Assembly: GCF_009834535.1 (NCBI RefSeq)
Contig: NC_045696.1
Coordinates: 72,604,001-72,668,000 of the forward strand
Source: Camelus ferus
Lineage: Eukaryota
Direction of reading: 5' to 3'
DNA length: 64,000 nucleotides
The position numbers and the translations under genes were made by a program. Below the pieces are notes generated by a model. It was not told where the DNA came from and did no database searches. It saw nothing but the letters and a program-made list of their open reading frames with translations. Positions 13,365-23,148 of this stretch are shown piece by piece. The stretch's first letter is position 1. The number at the start of each line of letters is the position of its first letter.

Positions 13365-15366
13365 TTTTTTTTTTTTTTTTTAACATTTTTTATTGATTTA
13401 TAATCATTTTACAATGTTGTGTCAAATTCCAGTGTAGAGCACAATTTTTCAGTTATACAAGAACATATATATATTCATTGTCACATTTTTTTCTCAGTGA
13501 GCTACCATAAGCTCTTGTGTATATTTCCCTGTGCTATACAGTATAATCTTGTTTATCTATTCTACATCTTTAAAATCCCATCTTTCCCTTCCCACCCCCC
13601 ACCCCCTTGGCAACCACAAGTTTGTATTCTATGTCTGTGAGTCTATTTCTGTTTTGTAGTTATGCTTTGTCTTTTTGTTTTTGTTTTTTAGATTCCACAT
13701 ATGAGTGATCTCATATGGTATTTTTCTTTCTCTTTCTGGCTTACTTCACTTAGAATCACATTCTCCAGGAGTATCCATGTTGCTTCAAATGGCGTTATGT
13801 TGTTGGTTTTTATGGCTGAGTAGTATTCCATTGTATAAATATATTACCACTTCTTTATCCAGTCATCCGTTGATGGACATTTAGGCTGTCTCCATGTCTT
13901 GGCTATTGTAAATAGTGCTGCTATGAACATTGGGGTGCAGGTGTCATCCTGAAGTAGGGTTCCTTCTGGATATATGCCCAGGAGCGGGATTCCTGGGTCA
14001 TATGGTAAGTCTATTCCTAGTCTTTTGAGGAATCTCCATACGGTTTTCCACAGTGGCTGAACCAAACTGCATTCCCACCAGCAGTGTAGGAGGGTTCCCC
14101 TTTCTCCACAGCCTCTCCAGCATTTGTCATTTGTGGACTTTTGAATGATGGCCATTCTGACTGGTGTGAGGTGATACCTCATTGTAGTTTTGATTTGCAT
14201 TTCTCTGATAATTAGTGATATTGAGCATTTTTTCATGTGCCTATTGATCATTTATATATCTTCCTTGGAGAATTGCTTGTTTAGATCTTCTGCCCATTTT
14301 TGGATTGGGTTGTTTATTTTTTCTTATTAAGTCGTATGAGCTGCTTATATATTCTGGAGATCAAGCCTTTGTCAGTTTCATTTGCAAAAATTTTTTCCCA
14401 TTCTGTAGGTTGTCTTTTTGTTTTGCTTATGGTTTCCTTTGCTGTACAGAAGCTTGTAAGTCTCATTAGGTCCCATTTGTTTATTCTTGCTTTTATTTCT
14501 ATTCCTTGAGTAGACTGTTCTAGGGGAACATTTTTGAGATATATGCCAGATAATGTTTTGCCTATATTTTCCTCTAGGAGGTTTATTGTATCTTGTCTTA
14601 TGTTGAAGTCTTTGATCCATCTTGAGTTGATTTTTGTGTATGGTGGAAGGGAGTGTTCTAGCTTCATTGTTTTACATGCTGCTGTCCAGTTTCCCCAACA
14701 CCATTTGCTGAAGAGACTGTCTTTCTTCCATTGTATATTCTTGCCTCCTTTGTCAAAGATGAGTTGGCCAAAAGTTTGTGGGTTCCTTTCTGGGCTCTCT
14801 ATTCTGTTCCATTGGTCTATATGTCTGTTTTTGTACCAATACCATGCTGTCTTGATGACTGTAGCTCTATAGTATTGTCTGAAGTCTGGGAGAGTTATTC
14901 CTCCAGCCTCTTTCTTTCTCTTCAGTAATGCATTGGCAATTCTAGGTCTTTGATGGTTCCATCAAAATTTTATTATGATGTGTTCTAGTTCTGTGAAATA
15001 TGTCCTGGGTAATTTGATAGGGATTGCATTAAATCTGCAGATTGCCTTGGGCAGTGTGACCATTTTAACAATATTGATTCTTGCAATCCAAGAGCATGGG
15101 ATATCTTTCCATTTTTTAAAGTCTTCTTTAATTTCCTTCATCAATGGTTTATAGTTTTCTGTGTATAATTCTTTCACCTCCTTGGTTAGATTTATTCCCA
15201 GATATTTTATTACTTTGGGTGCTATTTTAAAGGGGATTGTTTCTTTACTTTCTTTTTCTGTTGATTCTTCGCTAGTGTAGAGAAATGCAACTGATTTTTG
15301 AATGTTAATCTTGTAACCTGCTACCTTGCTGAATTCTTCAATCAGCTCTAGTAGTTTTTGTGTGGA
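13365..15366 (-). mobile_element. Young LINE-1, 5'-truncated (copy A): ORF2 C-terminal part, 3'UTR and poly(A)
   Basis: Poly(A) appears as T17 at 13365-13381 and the AATAAA signal as TTTATT at ~13389-13394. ORF2 peptides are recognisable, including the C-terminal Cys-rich region ([11 protein letters not shown]...[18 protein letters not shown]), and ORF2 ends ...SLICGI* at ~13688. TSD TTGATC at 13359-13364 and 15370-15375, or GGT(T)TGATC allowing one indel. Confidence 0.97.
13688..15366 (-). pseudogene. Disrupted L1 ORF2 fragment (region after the RT domain plus the Cys-rich domain)
   Basis: In-frame stops at 14962-14964 (KF*WNH), 14252-14254 (EDI*MINRH) and 13844-13846 (WIKKW*YIY), and a -1 frameshift at ~14314-14322 (NKKK*). 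Confidence 0.9.
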
Positions 15367-16714
15367 GGTTTGATCCTTCTGACCAAATTATTTGCATTAA
15401 AAAAATAAGGTTACATCTTATATGTCTTATGAACTTCCCAGTGCATTGATTGTAGTGATAAGAGGACACTAAATAATGTGACCCCTGAGGATAAGGGCCT
15501 TCTTAACACCTACCAGGCTCAATAAATATTTGTTGATCTTGTTTTTTCATTGTAGTATTTCAATAAATGTTTGATTGATTCTTGGATTGAAAAGAGAAAC
15601 TAAAGTGATAGGTTCTTATTATTTCCTGTTAGAAATTCACTGTAGCGGGAATCCTATTTGTGTAAAGGAAGTAACATAGTGCTGTCTACAACAGGGATTG
15701 ACTGACACTGAAAAAAAAAATACGTCATTCTTCTAATAGCTTCCCGGAGGCAGCTTTTTCAGAGAGACCTGACTATCTGACTAATTTCTGAAGGGTGATT
15801 TATGGTATATTATACAAGGCTAACCAGAACAGGGCAACTCAGAACAGATATCTCTAGATATATCTTATAGCTATAAATTGTGGTTAGTAATCGCAAACTA
15901 AAAGTTCTGAACCCTTAATATGTTAAAAGGTTTGATTTGTAAACACTTTTACCCCAATACTGAAAAATTATAATATCCCAATATGTTGTAAAACAGGTAA
16001 AACAATTATTAAAAATATGAATTCTTTTGCAATTTTTTGGATTATGTTTTAAACTTGTATTAGAGAAATTTACAACCCAACCATTTATTCATTTTCATTT
16101 GTTCCAACTAAAACCGTGATTTATGTAAAAGGGAGAGATTGAGAAAGGGTGGACATGGATGAAGCTGAAGTGACATTGGTTTTATTAGTAAAACATTATT
16201 ACATAGGAATTGTAAAATATAAAAGAAAACAACTTTGTTTAACAACGACTAATAGGCAGGTGTAGAAATATAATTTTATAAATTTATTGATGATTGTGGG
16301 GAAAATTTACTCCTAGAATTGTATTTAAATCACAGAAGTATTGTAAAGTGATTCAAATTCTGGAAATGTGAAAATATGTGACATCCTATTTCTCCCTTTC
16401 TCTCTCCCCTCCTCCACCCTGCCCTGTCTCCCCCACCCTGCCTCCATCTCCCCTTCACTCGTGAATTCATCAGATTATGTGAGATCCACCTTCTTATTCA
16501 AAACAATAGCTTTACAAGAAAATTCCAATATGGAATTAAATCCAGGCATACAAGTGCACAGATAACTTTTTTGATGAATGAAAGTTTGGTTTGTTTTGAG
16601 CCTCTCCCCAGTAGGCTAATGTCTGAATATTAGAATGGGGCTGTATATCAATAGTCCTAAGCAGGAGGAATACTGAGGCTCCAGTCTTACTCAACTACTC
16701 GACACTGCTCAGTG

Positions 16715-17085
16715 TACAGGTCTCTGACTTCCCTGCTTTTGCATATGTCATGCCTTATTACTAGAAACACTCTTCTCCCTGCCTGTCTCACCTCAGTAAC
16801 TTCTATTTATCCCTTAGGTCCTGATTAGCCCCCATGCACCCCAACACACACACACACACACACACACCCCTTTGGCTAGGTCAGGGACCCCTTCTCTCTG
16901 TGTTCACATGGCACTGTGAACTTGCCTCTTTCATGGTGGGTGAAACCTGTACTGTCACTTGTCACCTTACTTGATTTTCTCCACACTTGCTCCTTGGGGA
17001 CAGGGAGATGTTTTAGTTTACACACAACACTAGCCCTGAGTCCAGTGCCTGGCATTGAATAGAAATTCTTGTGTGTATTGAATAG
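16715..17085 (+). mobile_element. L2 LINE 3' fragment containing a (CA)n microsatellite at ~16844-16867
   Basis: GCTTTTGCATATG...GAAACACTCTTCTCCC...TCCTTGGGGACAGGGA...CAGTGCCTGGCA resembles the L2 3' region. Confidence 0.6.
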
Positions 17086-17389
17086 GCAGCTGATAAAATT
17101 TTATTTAAGATTCTTCAGATTTACTGAATAAATACATGCATTTTTATCATTAGATTATTAACTCTTCCAAGGTGAGAACTGTATCTGACTTGTTTATGAA
17201 TCCTCAATGCCTTAGGCAATCTTTTGCACACTGATGTGTTGAAAGACTAGCTTTCTGCTGGAATCGAGAACTAGAATAAAGTCCTTGATATTTCCTAATT
17301 AGTAAAAGTTGGGGCAGAGGGAAGTTGGTTTTCTCGACAGAGGATACTAGTTTGTAATTTTTATAGGCATTATTGGTCAGTGCTTTCAG

Positions 17390-17530
17390 AGCAGGGTTTC
17401 CAAAATTTGTCTGATAGTGAGAATCATCAGAGGGGCATTTGCTAAAAATATAGCACTCTTGTTTCCCCCCAGACCTGTTGCATTAGCGTCCCTGGGAGCG
17501 GGACTTCCCTAATGCTCGGGAGATGTGGGA
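17390..17530. mobile_element. MER5-like DNA transposon remnant
   Basis: GCAGGGTTTCCAAAATTTG...AGAATCATCAGAGGGGCATTTGCTAAAAATA...CCCAGACCTGTTGCATTAG. Confidence 0.55.
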
Positions 17531-20142
17531 TGCTATTCACAGGACTTGAAGGCAGTTTTACCTGAGCACTGTGATAGCCACATTTTTATATTCAGAATTA
17601 TAAACTTGCTTTTTCCTCAGATTATACAAAGTGCTTTCTAGCTTAGTGCATCAGAATGATTCCAAGTACTAAAAAATTCCGAATTAGTAGAAGTTAGTAA
17701 CAATCAGGATTCATGAGCCAAATTTGCTGATTTGATCAGCCTTGGGCCTGTTCAAATTAAATTTAAACACAAGCGCAGAAAGATAAAGTGAAACTTGAAA
17801 AGCATCTCATCAAGGAGAAAATCGAGAATGGCCCCTTTTCCAAGGATCTGGCCATTCCCACAAACTGATCATATTCACCAGGTGAGTCTTTAACCTTCTC
17901 CCTTGTACACCAAACATGCACCCATGTGTCTAACAGCTCCCTGCCACTGCCATAAAGCAAATTATGAGGAACAAAAGACATTAGCCTTCCGGCGCTCAGG
18001 AGGGAGGTAACCTGCAGAAACTCACAGGAGACCCAGAACAAACAAGGAAGAACGAACTGACTAATGATCAGGACAGGAAACCAAACCAGAAAAATAAACA
18101 GGCAGAGAAAGCAACTGGTGTTCAAACAAAGGAGCAAAGCAACTCTGCTGAACCCAGGAGCCTGGCGCTCACCTGGGGCCCACCTGCTGAACAGGTGAAG
18201 GGGAGCAGGCTGGGGCAGAAGCCTTTTGTGGGTCCCAGCTCCTTCTCCTCCACACCCTGGAATGGCTAGGCGGGCAAAGCCACCAGGAGAGCTGCGTCTG
18301 TGGCTCCGTGCTCTTTTTTCCTGATGGGAGACCCATAAATACTTTATTACGAAGTGCCCATAGACAGGGCAATGGTTACAGCAAACAACTAGTGGGAAGG
18401 ATGGACTGAAGCTTGTCACGGCTACAGTGCTCACTGGATTAAAAGAAAGCTGCTGCTGCTGCTGTGTAACTAGGTTCAGCTGTAGGCATATTAGAGGTGA
18501 GGATGGCGGTAAGAGTGGTTGTCAATAAGTAGCTGTAATTTGTGTGAAATACAAAAATCCTTTCTTTGGGAGGCTTCAGTGTAGGTGGACACACGTTTAT
18601 TAAACACAACTAACAAGTATTTATTATGCATCTGCTTTGAGCAAGGTATTGTGTTTTGGTCCTCCACAGTGTCAGTGCTGTATAGTGTACATACTAAGCA
18701 TATTTTATTAAAGGCAGTCAACCCAGTGGTGGCACGTGTAAAAGTGCCTGAAAAGACTAGGTTTATTAACACGTTTCCCAAATGCTCATTGGAAGTCTAT
18801 TTGTGGTGGAGTAGAGGTATAGATAGGGGGTTGTTGGAGAATATTTTAAAAGATTGTTTCTTCTTATAAAGGGACACAATGAAATTTGACATTTTCTGAC
18901 TCATGCAGAGCTTTTCATAGTGGAAATATCCAAATTCTCTTTTCTTAGTAAAATTATGTATCTCCTGTTTGAAAACACTCTTCTCAAGGAAGAAACTTCA
19001 AAAGGAAGTCAGAATCATTTTTACATTTTTTAGCTTTAGATTGATCCGAGGGGGAGATGTGCTTTGTGGCTGTAGAGCCAGAAGTGAGACTGACGCACAA
19101 AATCTGAGCCATGAAGTGTTATGTGTTTCCAAAAGTGAGGCACAGATTTGGCCCTGCAATTTCTAGCAGCCAATGAAAAGAGGGAAATACTTCCAGTTAC
19201 CAGATCCAGTATATACATGAAAGCAAAAACAAACCAATTTTTCAAACAAAGAACAAAAATATGGATATTGAGACCAGAGAGAAATATTTTCCATAACAGC
19301 TCTTAGAAAGGAATCTGAGCAACAGAAAAAAAAATAAATCTGCACAATGTCCTTATGATAAATATCCTTTGCCTTAACTTCTTATTTTCAATTTAAGCTA
19401 TCTGGTTGAATTACAAGCATTACTGTAAGAATTTAAATCTGTTTAGAACAAAGTTGGAATAAGAGGTGAGACAGAAAAATACACCTGTCTGAATGAGGAA
19501 ATGGAGACCCAAACCTTCTGGAGCCCCATTTTTCCTTAGTTTTCTAAGTATATATTCAGTCTCCCTGTATTCCTTTTCTAAAAAAAACTTTGAGGGTACT
19601 GTCTTCACTCTGCAAATAAAAGTCCTTGCAGATTACTGTACCAGAGAAACACAAAGCGGTGGCTTTCTCAGCCCTGCCAGTTCTGGCCCGCCCTGTGGAT
19701 GTTCAAGAAAGGGAGCTAAGTCCCTGTCTTTCCATTCATGTTGACCTTTAAACAGAGCACACCATAGAGAAGAGCCTGGCACTTGAGCTTATTAAAAAAA
19801 TATACTTTTTTTTTCTTCCCCTTGGACATTTTCTATTTTCCCAAACCTGCTCTGTCCTTTCCCATCTCTGCAGCTTTGCCCAAGTTAGTGTCTGCCTCTG
19901 GAATGCTCTACCCTTCCCACCTCTGTGACTTGTCTGCTCATAGAAATCATACTGTCTTTTCTAAGTCAGTCCAAATGCCACTTCTTCTGGGGAGACTTGC
20001 CTGCTTGCCCAAAGGTGGTTGCTCCCGCCCGAATCTCTCAGAGTCCCTCAGTTAACTTAGAACAAGAACACATTCTGCATTGCGTGGTAGATGCCTATGG
20101 ATAGCTTTATTTTCTCACTTAGAGCAAAAGTTCTCTAGGCTA

Positions 20143-20207
20143 TTTTTTTTTTTTGAAACTTCCTGTGAATCTGTAACCTTTCAAAATAAAAAGTTAAGTT
20201 AAAAAAA
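20143..20207 (+). mobile_element. Very short old L1 3'-terminal fragment inserted into an L2 remnant
   Basis: TTTGAAACTTCCTGTGAATCTGTAACCTTTCAAAATAAAAAGTTAAGTTAAAAAAA resembles the terminus of old L1M subfamilies. It has diverged flanking repeats (AAAGTTCTCTAGG / AAGAATTCCCTGAGG). Confidence 0.45.
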
Positions 20208-20349
20208 GAATTCCCTGAGGACATTCCTCTTTATACATCTCCCAAAGGTCTAGAGCAGTGACCGGCACTAAGCAGTAGGCCTCTGACAAGGACTGTGGAG
20301 TAAATGTCCTTAAATGAACATGGAAGCAGTGAAAGTGAATGGGATTTAA

Positions 20350-20556
20350 ACTTCAGAAACCTGGGTTTGGGACTTAGCTCTCCTTCCTACTTGGGAAAAT
20401 CTGGGACAAATCACATAGTCTTTCTAAGCCTCAATGTTTCATCTGTCATCTGAGAATAAGAAGTCACTCCGCTGGGCTGTTATGAGGATTAAATGAGATA
20501 ATGAGTGTGCTAATATTTCGCTAGCTGTAAGCACTGTGGCAGTGTTAGTATTATGA
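20350..20556 (+). mobile_element. MIR SINE, degenerate
   Basis: CCTGGGTTTGGGACTTAGCTCT...TCTTTCTAAGCCTCAATGTTTCATCTGT...GCTGTTATGAGGATTAAATGAGATAATG. Confidence 0.7.
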
Positions 20557-23148
20557 TTGACACTAAAGCAACTGTACATACACAACCCTCAGAGTTGCCC
20601 TTAGTGCCAGTCGGCTGTAGGTGGTATATTTCTACGGCAGTTTTAGTTTGGCACCCTTCCTATCTCCTTGTCTTGCTTTAGGACATTCTAGAAGCACTCT
20701 TTATCTTTCAGTCCCTCCCAGCTGTCCCCCAAAAGACCTAGTCTGTCGTCTCAAGGAGGACTTAGAAAGAAATAGTTGGAAGAATGGAAGACTGGGACAT
20801 CTTCATAAAGCTGTGCTCCAGGTGTTTATAACATGACTGTATGTTAATAGTCAAAACATCTCTACTTCAATTTATGTTCTGAACGTTGTTATTCAGTATG
20901 AAACATCTGTATGAAGGAACGTCCCCAACTTATAAATAAAAACTCATGAACAGTCCGTTTTCATCAAGGGTCCTAGAACAGGGACTTCAGCTGTATACCA
21001 CTACAAATTCAGGACAGGCCATTGGCGATCTCTTAGTAGGAGTGAGTGAGGAACTTCATGGAAGACACTCCTTTAACCAAGGGAATGGAGTTCACCGACA
21101 GGGCGCAGCAACAGTGCATCAGGCTGCGTCTTACTCAGGTGGTTCTCCAGCTTAGGCCTCATACTATCACTGTAACAGGGAAAAGATACTAGAATAGCAG
21201 AATTACTACAGAAAAATGCTAAGAAATGCAAATCAGAACTGCCTTTTGAGCCTACAACAGGGTGTAATGGAGGCGGGAAGAGACTCAGTATCTTTCTCTG
21301 TAGTTCAGAGACTTCTAAAAGCCAAATTAGAGCAAGGATTAGAGGTTTTGCTACACATCACAAGGAACTAATGATTTCCCTGGTGTGACCTGAGGCCCAT
21401 GCACCCAGTATTAGAAGCAGAAGAGGACTTCAGAGGCTGAGGAGTTGACCCGGTGCCCTGGGATGTGCTTCGTCATCTGATCCCACGTGGGGCAGACCCC
21501 TTGTGGTGGCTGTGGGAACTGTCTTCTGGAGTACACGTGAGACACACCATAAACACATGCTGAACGTGAGGAAGAGTGGAGTTGCCACTATTCTGTGCAT
21601 AGGAACTGAGCCAGACAAACGGTTTTTGTTTTCATTAATGTAACCCTCTTAACCCCTCCCCAAGGCTTAGGGAACCATGAGTTATTCCCAGAGTCGATCT
21701 CACTAACTGACTCCTCTTCGTGATCCAACTGTACCCACTCACTATTGCCATCAGGATCACCAGGAATTCATGCTGGCCCAAAGCCATCTCATTTTCCTTC
21801 TTCTTCTATAGCTCTGGTTTCAACTACTGTTCTTGCATGCTTCATACTTGTGCCAGGAAAAGAGGTGGAAGGACCCAAGAGGAAGTGCCCTTTTGTCTTG
21901 AATTGAAACCAAGAATCCCCTTTCCTATGGAAACCAAGTTGTTCATAGAGTGTGGCTTCCAAGAGCTCTGGGAATTCTAGACGATGAGATTTTGCTGTGA
22001 TCTAAACTTCCTTACATTGATTATATCATTTGCATTGAACTATACAATTTGTATTCCAATCAACCAATTTCTTCAACCATATCTGCCAGACTGAGAGGTC
22101 TAATATGAAGAAGAACCTGACTCACTTGTCTTATACTCCATCAGAGGGACTCACTTCATGTTGGTTGAATTAAATCAAGGAATTTAGAAATCATCTGTTT
22201 CAGCCAGTACAGTCTTAAGTTAGGAAAAACTTTTTCTTAGCCTTAAGGTTTTAATAGTCTGCTTTCTTCTAATTCAGATGATATTTTCCTGTGAAGTACG
22301 TGGTCCACACCACTGTATTCTATCATATATTGTCTATCGTTCATCAATATAATGATATAAAGATAATTAATATGTTTTCCCTTAATTTGGTTAAGTGCTA
22401 TACTTGGTGGCATTTTTATTCCATCTCTACTGAACTCAATGGTTAGATATAATTTCTTTTGTGCTAAAAATAACAAAGATAGTATTTGGAAGAAATCAGA
22501 ATGGACAAGCTGATAAATTATTTATAGCAATTTCCAGCAGCCTGCCAATCTGTTTTGTAATGTAGTTGAATCTTAATTTTTAATGAAGGAACCTATGAAA
22601 ATCTGCTGGGGTGAAAACCATGACCTCTAAATGATACCACAAAAGAGCCCATCGTGTAGCTGGGCGGGCCCTTCCTTTCCCATCAGCTGAGGAGGGCTTC
22701 ACCTCCAGCTGACCTTACCTGGTCCAAGCCAAGGGGAGTTGGTTGGTACAAACCCTGACTAAGACAGGAAAGGTGGAGTGAGGGAGAAGCTCAGCTCTGA
22801 AAGGGGATAAAACAAACCACCTTGGGGGACTATTGTGTGCCATTTCAAAAGTCTGTTTTGACTAATGCTTTGTGCTATTCAACATTACATCCTTAATCTG
22901 TTGTGTCTGTTTCTAGTAAAATAATAATAATAATAATTGGGGGAAATTAAGGACAATGAGACAGTATTAGTGAATAGAAATAGAGGAGAGATGAAAGCAG
23001 CCGTATGGAGGAGAAGCCGCTGAGGCTCTGATGATGCATCTGAATGTGAATTTCATTGATCCCATTGTTCCCAGATTGTGCTCCAGCAAAAATGTATTTG
23101 ACTTGATGTGGTCTTGCTCCCTGATTAAGTTCCCCCAATCTTTTTTTT

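Noticed and set aside
17763..18434. 223-aa minus-strand ORF
   Set aside because: Non-ATG start, no recognisable domain and composition typical of a chance ORF. Only a sub-segment is kept, as a speculative exon.
22540..22925. Possible ancient LTR (Gypsy-like) remnant next to the L1 insertion site
   Set aside because: The resemblance is only general, and I could not define termini or a family without a Dfam search.
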